Positions 10,965-20,485 of a DNA stretch of 64,000 bases are shown one piece after another. Source of the DNA: an uncultured delta proteobacterium (GTDB taxonomy: Bacteria; Desulfobacterota; Zymogenia; Zymogenales; Zymogenaceae); NCBI GenBank assembly GCA_963792965.1, contig CAWBYW010000007.1, positions 384,001 through 448,000 of the forward strand, in the 5' to 3' direction. Made by a program: the position numbers and the translations under genes. A model generated the notes under the pieces. It was not told the DNA's origin. It did not search any database and saw nothing but the letters and a program-made list of their open reading frames with translations. Within the stretch, counting starts at the first letter, position 1. Every line of letters starts with the position of its first letter.

Positions 10965-11333
10965 CTAATCCCAGTTACCTATATCTTCAAACACGAGAGT
11001 CATGTTCTTACACTTGGGGCAAAGGAAACTGGTGTCGGGGAGCTTGAAAAACTCATCCTTATCGGCGACTCTCCAAATAAAGAGATAACCGTGTTCCTCA
11101 ATTTTTGCCGAAGGGTCGTAAAGAGAAGGGTCGTCGTAAAAGGTGACTTTTCCGTCGCATCCGGGGCATCGTGCTTCGTTCTTCTTCATATAGTTGCGTA
11201 CGAGGAACTCATTGCAGTTCAGGCAAATGGCTGGTGCATTGCAGGTGTCCATGAAGTTCATAAATCCAGCACCGACGAATATATCGCCTGTATCAAAACC
11301 GCACTTACAGAGGCCCCTTAATTTGATTCCCAT
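10965..11333 (-). CDS. Hypothetical double zinc-ribbon protein
   Basis: CKC, CLNC, CPGC and CPKC motifs; AGGT RBS-like sequence upstream. Confidence 0.75.
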   Translation of the reverse strand: MGIKLRGLCKCGFDTGDIFVGAGFMNFMDTCNAPAICLNCNEFLVRNYMKKNEARCPGCDGKVTFYDDPSLYDPSAKIEEHGYLFIWRVADKDEFFKLPDTSFLCPKCKNMTLVFEDIGNWD

Positions 11334-11569
11334 GACGACCTGCTCGATTGACTTATGGTGACTTTACGACTCCTGATACGTCGGGAGGGAAAAACATCCA
11401 CACTATATATAATACCAAAAATCAGAGTTTGAGACAAAACGGATTCATAAAGAGAGCGTCAATGGACAGGAACAATGCGTTTGAATGGCAATGGATTAAA
11501 CAGAACTCGCCTCAGATGGAACCTGGCGTTAAGAAACCCTGCTATTGAGGTCGTAAACGGAAACAGACT

Positions 11570-11756
11570 AGCACTATCTCCCTCGGAATTGAGCGGGTTG
11601 ATAGCGAATATCCAGAGCATTCACTCATGCTTCCGGGCCCGCCTAAAACAAATCATGGGGCGGCTGATAGGTATTATCACGCTCCACCCCATGGCTGATG
11701 AGCCCTGCCTGAAAGCCGACTCACTCAGAAGAGTGATGCCATCTCCGGCATCCTAA
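11570..11756 (+). pseudogene. Possible C-terminal remnant of a large serine recombinase
   Basis: ARLKQIMGRLIGIITLHP resembles recombinase C-termini and points into the tRNA att site; no catalytic domain present. Confidence 0.3.
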
Positions 11757-11774
11757 ACAGGACTTTCTTTTCGT

Positions 11775-11849
11775 TGGTAGGCGGTACTGGATTTGAACCA
11801 GTGACTTCCACCGTGTGAGGATGGCACTCTACCGCTGAGTTAACCGCCC
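11775..11849 (-). tRNA. tRNA-Val(CAC)
   Basis: GGGCGGTTAACTCAGCGGTAGAGTG-CCATC-CTCACAC-GGTGG...GGTTCAAATCC...CCTACCA. Confidence 0.93.
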
Positions 11850-11863
11850 ATGTTTCTTAATTA

Positions 11864-11892
11864 AAGATACACAAGCGCCTTTTCTTTGTCAA
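11864..11892 (-). promoter_or_regulatory. Sigma70-type promoter of tRNA-Val
   Basis: Minus strand TTGACA-17 nt-TATCTT just upstream of the tRNA. Confidence 0.65.
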
Positions 11893-11919
11893 GATTATTA
11901 TTGTAAAGCCGAGCCGTCC

Positions 11920-12684
11920 TCAAATGAGGTACCCACCATCGGCGGTGAAGACCGACCCCGTGGTATAGCCCGCGAGTCCCGAAACCAGGAAGAGCGCCAA
12001 TCCCGCGATCTCGTACGGCTCTCCCACGCGCTTCATCGGGCAGTGCTCCATAAAGACCGAAAGGGGCGCCTCATTGCTCCAGAGAAACTCGGAAAAATGG
12101 GTCTTGACGAGGCCCGGGGCGATGCAGTTGACCCGGATTTTTTTCGCCGCCCATTCAAGCGCGAGGACCTTCGTCAACATGACGACGGCCGCTTTCGTCA
12201 CGCTGTAGAGCCCCGTTCCGAATGCGGGCTTGAATCCCTCGACCGAGGCGATGTTGACGATCGCTCCCCCGCCCCCCTTTTCCATCAGGGGCATCACGCG
12301 CTGGCTCAGGAAGAGATATGCCTTGACATTGATGTCCATCATCTTGACGAACAACGCCTCGTCGATCTTCTCTATCGGCCCGAAGACCGGGTTGATGGCC
12401 GCGTTGTTGACAAGGATATCGACCGTCCCGAACCGCTCGACGGCGGCATTTACCAGCTTTTCAAGGTCGTCGACCTTCCCGGTGTGGGCGGATACGGCAA
12501 GCCCCTTGCCGCCTGCCGCCTCGATCTCTCGCGAGACCCGCTCGAGGTCGGGGAGCTTCCGGCTTGCAACCACGACGTTTGCCCCCGCTTCCCCGAGCGC
12601 CAGCGCGATATCTCTCCCAATACCCCTGCTCCCACCGGTGACGATCGCGGTTTTCCCGGTAAGCTTCAGCTTGTCGATGTACAT
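11920..12684 (-). CDS. SDR family oxidoreductase (DHRS4/FabG-like)
   Basis: TGGSRGIG, NNAA, YSVTK catalytic motif, IRVNCIAPG, DGG. Confidence 0.93.
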   Translation of the reverse strand: MYIDKLKLTGKTAIVTGGSRGIGRDIALALGEAGANVVVASRKLPDLERVSREIEAAGGKGLAVSAHTGKVDDLEKLVNAAVERFGTVDILVNNAAINPVFGPIEKIDEALFVKMMDINVKAYLFLSQRVMPLMEKGGGGAIVNIASVEGFKPAFGTGLYSVTKAAVVMLTKVLALEWAAKKIRVNCIAPGLVKTHFSEFLWSNEAPLSVFMEHCPMKRVGEPYEIAGLALFLVSGLAGYTTGSVFTADGGYLI

Positions 12685-12932
12685 GGGGCCTTCCTCCTTC
12701 CTAATGTGCGTTCATAGAACCAACGGATTTCGTCCAACATCCGTCTCTCTCACTTCGGTCTGCGGACATTTGCGATTCATGCCATTCACCGCGGCACGCC
12801 CGAAGCGTGCCGAGCCTTAGCGCCGCATCCTTCTGTTACCACTTTTTTGACTGATTTGCAACTTTTTCGGGATTTTTTACGGAAATCATGAGATACTGGT
12901 AACAATCAATACAATGTGTATTAGGCAGAGGT

Positions 12933-14090
12933 ATGGCGGGAAAAGACCATTACGACGTTATCGTTATCGGAGCCGGCCCCGGAGGACTCGGCGCGGGACT
13001 GGGCGCGCTTGAGGCCGGTGCCGACGTTCTCGTTGTCGAGAAGCAGCGCACCGTTGGTGATACCATCAAGGGCGAGACGATCCATCGAAACCAGGAGATG
13101 GAGCGGATCCTCGGGCCGGGCTTTTTCGATCGCAACACGATCGCTACCACCACCAGGCGTCGGTATTATTCTCCCACCGATTCCCGCTGGATCGACCGGG
13201 TTATCTCTGACCCGAACCTCATCTTCTTCTGGTCTGATTTCACGGACGATATGACGAGGCTGTCTCGGAAGAAGGGGCTCGACATCGCCTTCCAGACCGA
13301 GGTGATCGACCTCCTGGTGGAAGGAGGGCGCGTCGCCGGGGTGAAGGTGAGGCATGGAAAAGCGATACGCGAGCTGACCTGTCGGGTCGTCATCGGGGCC
13401 GACGGCACGGAGGGGATCACCTCGCGGGCCCTCGGCATCAGGCGGGACGCCATCGACTGCCCGGTCCTCAAGCTCCGCGTCGAGAAGATGGATTATCCCG
13501 ACATCCGCCTCGAATATTTTACCCACATCTACGCCGACGATCCGCCCTCGGTCGGCTACATCTTTCCGAGCGGAGAGGGAAAAGCCGACGTGGGGCTCCT
13601 CATCTTCAAACCCAACGCACGCAAAAACACGCCGATACCCGACGCACATAATGTCGGCGATTTTCTCGACCGTTTCATCGACAGACACCCTGTCTTCAGG
13701 GACCGGATGCGGACGGCAAAAGAGACCTACCGTCTCTTCACGATCATCCCCATGGGCGGCTTCATCGAGCGGTTCGTCCCCGCCCTCGGGGTTGTCATGG
13801 TGGGCGACGCGGCGGGCCAGGTTGAGGCCAAGGGCGGCAGCGGCATTGCCTCGTCGTTTCTCATCGGTCATCACGCGGGAGGGATCGCGGGCAGATTCGC
13901 CAAGGCAGGCCGTGCGTGGGATATGCGTCAGGCAAGGCGTATGGAGGCCGAGATCAAGACCCACCCCGCTTACGTCAAGGTGGCTTCATATTATCGCTAT
14001 ATCCGCCCGGTGCGCTCGCTCATGTTCATGATCCATAACGCCGAGACGGCCGACCGGCGCTTCGGGCTGATATCGAAGGTACTGAGGTAG
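12933..14090 (+). CDS. Geranylgeranyl reductase-like FAD-dependent oxidoreductase
   Basis: GAGPGG, VIGADG, YIFP and VGDAAGQVxxxGGSGI motifs. Confidence 0.8.
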   Translation: MAGKDHYDVIVIGAGPGGLGAGLGALEAGADVLVVEKQRTVGDTIKGETIHRNQEMERILGPGFFDRNTIATTTRRRYYSPTDSRWIDRVISDPNLIFFWSDFTDDMTRLSRKKGLDIAFQTEVIDLLVEGGRVAGVKVRHGKAIRELTCRVVIGADGTEGITSRALGIRRDAIDCPVLKLRVEKMDYPDIRLEYFTHIYADDPPSVGYIFPSGEGKADVGLLIFKPNARKNTPIPDAHNVGDFLDRFIDRHPVFRDRMRTAKETYRLFTIIPMGGFIERFVPALGVVMVGDAAGQVEAKGGSGIASSFLIGHHAGGIAGRFAKAGRAWDMRQARRMEAEIKTHPAYVKVASYYRYIRPVRSLMFMIHNAETADRRFGLISKVLR

Positions 14091-14131
14091 AAGAGGCATC
14101 TCCATCATGCCCTATGAATCGACGAAAATGT

Positions 14132-14167
14132 AACGGGCGCCTGTGTGGCGCCCGTTCGTATTTTTTT
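14132..14167 (+). terminator. Intrinsic terminator
   Basis: AACGGGCGCC-TGTGT-GGCGCCCGTT hairpin followed by a T-run. Confidence 0.55.
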
Positions 14168-14207
14168 CCCCTACCTGGCCCCCAAGAAATCGAAGATTTC
14201 CTTGGGG

Positions 14208-15380
14208 TTAGAATGCCTTCTTCAGGATATCCAGCGCCACATCAAAGGTGATCTCTTCCGGGTTTATCGTGCAGGAGCCGTCGTTGATGGCGGCCCTGGC
14301 GATATCGGGGAGCTGTTCCTTCTTCACACCCGCATCCGAGAGCTTCGTCGGCAGGCTGCTGGCCTTTTCGAGCTCCTTGCCGAGTTTCCTCACCGCGGCG
14401 ACGGTAGCCTTAGCGTCCTCAAGGGCCTTCCCCGTGGCGTGGGCTCCCATGAAAGGAGCGAGCTCTCCGATGATACCCGCCACCTTCTTGAAGTTATTTT
14501 CCATGCCGTACGGCAACAGGATCGCATTTGCCACCCCGTGGGGCACCCGGGCGACACCGCCCGTGGCGTGGGCCAGGCCGTGCACGACGCCGACCAGCGA
14601 GTTGGAGAATGCGGCGCCGGCGATCGTCGCGGCATTCAGCATCGCCAGCCTCGCCTCCTTGTCTTTCGGCTCCTTGACCGATTTGAGCAGGTACTCATGG
14701 ATGAGGCGGATAGCGGCGATGGCAAATCCATCCGAGACCGGGTTCTTGGCCAGGCAATAATAGGCCTCCATGGCGTGGGTCAGCGCGTCCATTCCGGTGG
14801 CGGCCGTGATCTTGGGGGGCATCGTCATGGTCATGCGCGGATCGAGGACGGCCGCCTTCGGGAAGAGCTTGCTTGAGGTGAAGGCCATCTTGGTGTGGCT
14901 CTTTTCATCATAGATGACCGCGGCGCTCGTGACTTCCGACCCGGTGCCCGCGGTCGTCGGGATGGCGATAAAGGGCATCATATCCTTCTCGAGCCGGTCG
15001 ACCCCCTGGAATTTCATGAGGTCGTCGGTCTTTTCCACGACGATCATATTGGCGCACTTGGCCGTGTCGATGACGCTCCCGCCGCCGACGGCGATGAACG
15101 AGTCGCACTTCTTGTCCTTGAACAATTTCGCGACCCGATTGACCACGCCGCTGCCGGAATCGGGTGGGGTCTCGTCGAAGATCACGCCGATCTTGATGTT
15201 GGAATCCGCGAATACCTCAGTCACCAGCTTGATGAGGCCGGCTTTTACGACGCCCTGATCGGTGACGACAAGCGGACGCTTTGCACCGAGGAGCGTCAGC
15301 TCATAGGGGAGGTTCGAGAGGGCCTTGAGGCCGCTCAGGATCTTAACCGGGCAGATGAATTCGTAATATTGGGGCAGCAT
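14208..15380 (-). CDS. Iron-containing alcohol dehydrogenase
   Basis: GGGSVIDTAK, PTTAGTGSEVT, DALTHAME, HGLAH and PHGVAN motifs. Confidence 0.93.
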   Translation of the reverse strand: MLPQYYEFICPVKILSGLKALSNLPYELTLLGAKRPLVVTDQGVVKAGLIKLVTEVFADSNIKIGVIFDETPPDSGSGVVNRVAKLFKDKKCDSFIAVGGGSVIDTAKCANMIVVEKTDDLMKFQGVDRLEKDMMPFIAIPTTAGTGSEVTSAAVIYDEKSHTKMAFTSSKLFPKAAVLDPRMTMTMPPKITAATGMDALTHAMEAYYCLAKNPVSDGFAIAAIRLIHEYLLKSVKEPKDKEARLAMLNAATIAGAAFSNSLVGVVHGLAHATGGVARVPHGVANAILLPYGMENNFKKVAGIIGELAPFMGAHATGKALEDAKATVAAVRKLGKELEKASSLPTKLSDAGVKKEQLPDIARAAINDGSCTINPEEITFDVALDILKKAF

Positions 15381-15417
15381 TGCTTTTCTCCTATTCTTCT
15401 ATTTTATTTATGACAGC

Positions 15418-15960
15418 CTACTTCGTCGCGCTCAGCGCCATGTCTATTCCCATGGTGAGGTAGACATAGAGCTTGAAAAGCTTCTGCTTGAGCGTGAGCC
15501 TTGGCGGCAGCTTGAATACCTTCTTAAAGACGATCCCCGGCAGGAGATAGGCCTGGACGATCCCCATCGCTCGGTTGGCCCTGATGCCGTCGGTCACGTT
15601 CCCGTGCAGCAGCGCCCGATGCTGGATAAACGCCACGTGAGATCCCATCTGCGCGGTAAACGGCAAAAAGGCGCAGTCCACGTTCTTGAAGAGGATCTTG
15701 ACGTCCGGTTTCTTATACCCCCTGCCGAGGTAACGGATCGCCCCGTTTTCCTCCTTGAGCGATATAGCCGGTCCCTTGGGGAGGACGCCGAGCGAGATGA
15801 CGATCCCCTTTTTCCAGTCTTTGATCTCCTCCTTGAGCTCGGCGCTGTGACGGGAAACCTTCTCGAAGGTGACCCCGAGGGCGAGGAGCGCGATGCTTAC
15901 GACCGTCTTTTTGAGTCGATACGATAAGGAAGGTTTGAGAGTATCCGTTCGTTCTTCCAT
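15418..15960 (-). CDS. Hypothetical protein, possibly SCP2 sterol-carrier-like
   Basis: 180 aa ORF with RBS, co-oriented upstream of the Fe-ADH; PDVKILFK...AFIQHRALLHGN resembles the SCP2 fold. Confidence 0.6.
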   Translation of the reverse strand: MEERTDTLKPSLSYRLKKTVVSIALLALGVTFEKVSRHSAELKEEIKDWKKGIVISLGVLPKGPAISLKEENGAIRYLGRGYKKPDVKILFKNVDCAFLPFTAQMGSHVAFIQHRALLHGNVTDGIRANRAMGIVQAYLLPGIVFKKVFKLPPRLTLKQKLFKLYVYLTMGIDMALSATK

Positions 15961-16120
15961 ATATATCCCCTTATAAAATTAAATAAGTGTCACTCACCTG
16001 GCGGGCATTATATCATTCAAGATACAAGTTTCAATATAAATGTAAACGGATCTCCCCATTATTTCGACCAGCATCTCACCTATTTTTGCACAAAGCCGTC
16101 CATCGTTTTAGAAAAATATC

Positions 16121-16149
16121 TTGACATGCCTCTGCGTTTCCGTTATCTT
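16121..16149 (+). promoter_or_regulatory. Sigma70-type promoter of the MerR/flavoprotein cluster
   Basis: TTGACA-17 nt-TATCTT followed by near-palindrome AAGTTGAACTT. Confidence 0.6.
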
Positions 16150-16182
16150 CAAGTTGAACTTTATGCTTTAAGCTTTCATATT

Positions 16183-16884
16183 ATGCCCATCAAGATCAGT
16201 GAGCTGGGGCGGATCACCGGAGTCCCGCAGTCCACCATTCGATACTACGTCAAGGAAGGGATCCTCCCCAAACCGACCAAGGTCAACAAGTCGATGGCCT
16301 ACTACGATGAATCGTGCATCGAGCGGATCGCCCTCGTGCGCGAACTCCAGGAAAAGAAATACTACCCGCTGTCCGTGATCCGAAACATCATGTCGCGTAT
16401 GGACAGCGGAATTGATATCTCCTCCCTCCTGTCGCTTGAAGACGCCATATTCGGCCCGCGGACCCAGGGCGACCAGCGCCTCCTCACAAGAGAGGAGTTC
16501 CTGGCCGCAACCGGTATCGAGGAACAGCTCCTGACAGCGGCCGAATCGCTCGGGATTATCATCCCCTACAACAGGGGGACCAAGAAGCCGTATAACCAGG
16601 AGGATGTGATTTTTACCAGGAGTATCATCAAGGGAAGCAATGAGCTCGGCATCGACATTCATGAGATAACCTTCTATGTGGAGTTCGGCAAGAAGATCGT
16701 CGAGGAAGAAATACGGCTGAGGAAGAAGATCGTGGCGGGTAAAAACAAGGATGAGAACATCAGGATCACCGCAACTCTCTCCGAGCACGCCGATGAGCTC
16801 AGGGGCTATATCCTGCGCAGGCTCTTCCAGTCCAAGGTCAAGGAGATGATGGAAAAATCGAAAGAGAAAAAATCCTCACCGTAA
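16183..16884 (+). CDS. MerR family transcriptional regulator
   Basis: KISELGRITGVPQSTIRYYVKEGILP HTH; second degenerate HTH-like segment. Confidence 0.9.
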   Translation: MPIKISELGRITGVPQSTIRYYVKEGILPKPTKVNKSMAYYDESCIERIALVRELQEKKYYPLSVIRNIMSRMDSGIDISSLLSLEDAIFGPRTQGDQRLLTREEFLAATGIEEQLLTAAESLGIIIPYNRGTKKPYNQEDVIFTRSIIKGSNELGIDIHEITFYVEFGKKIVEEEIRLRKKIVAGKNKDENIRITATLSEHADELRGYILRRLFQSKVKEMMEKSKEKKSSP

Positions 16885-16908
16885 TAGTCCTCGTTCCCCT
16901 GGAGGTGA

Positions 16909-18540
16909 ATGATGAAAACTCACGTACTTACTTTCCGTAATCTGATCATACTCATTATCGTCCTGGCGTTGTTCCCCACCAGCGGGTGCTCAGAGAGAAA
17001 ACGTCCTACCTTTAAAGCTCAGTACGACGTCATTATCATCGGCGGCGGTATGGGCGGCCTGTCCGCGGGGGCGCACCTCGCGTCCAAGGGCCTCAAGGTG
17101 CTGCTCCTTGAACAGGACCATAAGGTCGGCGGCTGCACAACGAACTTCAAACGGGGGGACTTCACGTTCGAAGTGGCCCTCCACGTCATGGCCGGGGGAC
17201 TGCCGGAAAGGAACGGCGCCCTCTATCAGCTCATGAAGGCGTGCGGCGTCGACAAGAAGGTCACCATCTACCAGCTTCCCGAATTATACCGATCGATCTA
17301 CCCCGATATCGACATCACGCTCCCCGCGGCGTCCTGGGATGCCTACAAGACGACACTCAAAGAACGATGGCCCAGCGAGTCGGCCGGCATTGATAAATTC
17401 CAGCTCCTTTGCGGACAGGTCATGAGCGAAATCATGTCGATAAAGGACCTCTTCCGGGAAACCGGGTTCAGGGCTTTCCTCACCAAGGCGCAGATCCCCT
17501 TCAAAGAGAGGACCCTTTTTAAGTGGAAGGATAAAACCCTCAAGGACACGATGGACGAGTGTTTCAAGGATGACAAGCTGAAGGCCGTCATGTCCCAGCT
17601 CTGGATGTACTACGGCGGGCCGGCGGACGACCAGACGTCTCTCATGAATTTCGCCGCCACCGAGATGTTCCTGACCGACGGCGTATGCCACGTCAGGGGA
17701 ACCTCTCAGGCCCTCTCCGACGCCTATGCCGACCGGATCAGGGAGCTCGGCGGTGAGGTAAAGACCGGGACACTCGTCACAAAGATTATCATGAAAGACG
17801 GCCTGGCGCGCGGCGTCGAAACGGAATTCGGAGACACGTACACGGCCCGCTATATCGTCTGCAATACCGATCCCTACCAGATGGTATTCAAGCTGATCGG
17901 CGAGGAAAACCTGCCCAAGGATTATGTCAAGAAGATCAAAGGAATGAAGCCGGCAAACTCGTTGTTCGGGGTCTACCTCGGGCTGAACATAGACCTGAAG
18001 AAGCTCGGCTATAAGGACACGGATATCATCTACAACAAGTCTTACAGCTCAAACGTCATATACGATAAGTGGATGAGGGGAGACATCAAGAACAGCGCCT
18101 GTCTCATCGGGATTTACAGCAATTACGGCGATCCGATCTACGCACCGCCGGGAAAATCGCTCGTCTCTCTGCTGGTCTACAGCAACTATGACCTCTGGCC
18201 CAAGGATCACGACGAATATCAGAAAATGAAAGAAGAAAAGGCCGACGAGCTGATCGCCCTGGCCGCAGAGGTCATACCGGAGCTTGCAGATCCCAAGAAT
18301 ATCGAGGTCAAAGAAACCGTTACGCCGGCAACACTGGCCGAGTTCACCAAGAACTACCAGGGCGTCCCCTACGGCTTCTACATGAGCCTTGACCAGTGGC
18401 AGAAGATACCCAACTATACCCCCATCGACAATGTCTTCATCGCCAGCAACTGGACACAGGGATTCCACGGGGTCGGCGCGGGACAGGTTAACGGGTGGCA
18501 GGCAGGGCGCCTCATCCTCGACCGGGAGGGCATCGAGTAG
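16909..18540 (+). CDS. Phytoene desaturase/retinol saturase-like FAD oxidoreductase, lipoprotein (copy 1)
   Basis: Signal ending PTSGC lipobox; YDVIIIGGGMGGL FAD fold, LEQDHKVGG, APPGKS, TPAT, GFHGV. Confidence 0.88.
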   Translation: MMKTHVLTFRNLIILIIVLALFPTSGCSERKRPTFKAQYDVIIIGGGMGGLSAGAHLASKGLKVLLLEQDHKVGGCTTNFKRGDFTFEVALHVMAGGLPERNGALYQLMKACGVDKKVTIYQLPELYRSIYPDIDITLPAASWDAYKTTLKERWPSESAGIDKFQLLCGQVMSEIMSIKDLFRETGFRAFLTKAQIPFKERTLFKWKDKTLKDTMDECFKDDKLKAVMSQLWMYYGGPADDQTSLMNFAATEMFLTDGVCHVRGTSQALSDAYADRIRELGGEVKTGTLVTKIIMKDGLARGVETEFGDTYTARYIVCNTDPYQMVFKLIGEENLPKDYVKKIKGMKPANSLFGVYLGLNIDLKKLGYKDTDIIYNKSYSSNVIYDKWMRGDIKNSACLIGIYSNYGDPIYAPPGKSLVSLLVYSNYDLWPKDHDEYQKMKEEKADELIALAAEVIPELADPKNIEVKETVTPATLAEFTKNYQGVPYGFYMSLDQWQKIPNYTPIDNVFIASNWTQGFHGVGAGQVNGWQAGRLILDREGIE

Positions 18541-18752
18541 TCAGGACACCTGAGAGGAAAAGAAAGGCGCTGCGTCCGGCCTCGCCAGGCGAGCGCCTGC
18601 CGGCCGGCAATTGATCACTCGTCCTTAGGTAAGGAGCGCATCGACTCCACCTGGCACCGGCGCGCCGGCTGAGTCTTCTCTGCGAGAGATCCGGTTTTTC
18701 TGCTTTCGTTTTGAACGGATTTGTATATACTGCGTCCATCGTGAGGTGTACC

Positions 18753-20368
18753 ATGAACAGACCACGCCACATCGCGACAATCGTCATCATCTTTGTCATC
18801 TCTCTTTCGCTTCTCATCAGCACCCGGGTGCGCGCAAGAAGCGCCCTGATTTCAAGGCCCAGTACGACGTCATCATCGTCGGCGCCGGCATGGCGGGGCT
18901 CTCGGCCGGCGCGCACCTTGCCAGTAACGGCCTCAAGGTCCTGGTCCTCGAACAGCACCACAAGGTCGGAGGCTGCACGACCAATTTCAAGCGGGGCGAC
19001 TTCACCTTCGAGGTGGCGCTGCACGAGCTGGCCGGCGGCGGCCTCTTCCAGCTCATGGACCTCTGCGGCGTAAAACAGAAGGTTAAGCTCTATCCGCTCC
19101 CCGACCTCTACCGCTCGATCTTCCCGGGCGATCCTACCGTCGATATGACGATGCCGGCCAACTGGAAGGGATGGGACGATACCCTCAAAAAGAAATGGCC
19201 CGAGGAGTCCGAGGGAGTCGATAAGCTGCACAGGCTCTCCACGCAGGTCTTTGCCGACATCATGGACGTGAAGGACCTCTTCCGCTATAGCGGCCCGAAG
19301 GCCTTCTTCAAGACGCTCTCCGTCCCCATTAAGCATCCGGCCCTCGTCAAATGGAGCAGGAGGACCTTACAGCAGCTCCTTGACGAGTGCTTCAAGGGTG
19401 AAGACATCAAGGCCGTCGTCTCCCAGTTCTGGGTCTACTACGGCGCCCCGATCCCCGACGAGATCGCCATCTTCTCTCTGGCCGCCAATGAGGTCTTCCT
19501 CACCGAAGGCGCCTGGCACGTCATGGGCACGTCCCAGGCCCTCTCCAACGCCTACGCCGAGCGTATCCGTGAGCTCGGCGGGGATGTCAAGACCGGTACC
19601 CTCGTCACGAAGATTATCATCGAAAACGGCATGGCCACCGGAGTCGAGACCGAGTTCGGCGAAAAATACACGGGCCGCTATGTCCTGGCCGACACCGATC
19701 CCTACCAGCTCATCTACAAGCTCGTGGGAGAAAACAATTTGCCGAAAAGCTACGTGAAAAAGGTCAAATCCCTCAAACCGGCCAACTCCCTGTTCGTCAC
19801 CTACCTCGGCCTGAATATCGATCTCAAGAAATTGGGCTACAAAGACACCGAGATATTCTACAACACGTCAAAAGACTCCGTGGCCGTATACAACAACATG
19901 ATGAAGAATGACTTCAAGGACGGGATGGTCTCCATCACGATCTACTCAAACTACGGCGACCCGATCTACGCCCCGCCCGGCAAATCGGTCGTGGCGCTCC
20001 TTGAATTTTCCGATTACGACAGCTGGCCCAAGGATTATGACAGCTACCAGCAGATGAAAGACGACAAGGCCAAGGAGATCATCGATCTTGCCGCAAAGGT
20101 GATCCCCGAGCTTGCCGATCCTAAAAACATTGAGGTCAAGGAAGTCATGACTCCGCTGACGCTCGAGGAATTCACGATGAACTATCACGGGATCCCGTAC
20201 GGCTTCTACCTCGACACCAAGCAGTGGAAGAAGATCCCGATTAATACCCCGATTGATAATCTCTTCATCGCGTCAAGCTGGACCCAGTCATGGCACGGGG
20301 TGGGATCGGCTCAGATCAACGGCTGGATGGCCGCTCGTCTCATCATGGATCGGGAGGGCATCAAGTAG
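18753..20368 (+). CDS. Phytoene desaturase-like FAD oxidoreductase, lipoprotein (copy 2; apparent frameshift near 18825-18835)
   Basis: GAGGTG RBS then MNRPRHIATIVIIFVISLSLLIST(GC) signal, joining the 18746-20368 frame at KKRPDFKAQYD; strongly similar to copies 1 and 3. Confidence 0.85.
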
Positions 20369-20485
20369 TTAAGCCCGCGCGTGACCGGGCTAACCGATAT
20401 TTTCAGGTTATGTCCCCTGCGGTTGTCATGGGGGCAAGACAATAGTAACGAGAGACTTCATTCATCCTATTGCAGGAGACAACCG

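Larger units (their letters stand above)
10809..11792. mobile_element. Decayed ~1 kb genomic island at the 3' end of tRNA-Val
   Basis: TGGCAGGAGGTACTGGAT (10809-10826) matches the tRNA 3' end TGGTAGGCGGTACTGGAT (11775-11792) at 16/18; interior visibly AT-richer. Confidence 0.55.
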
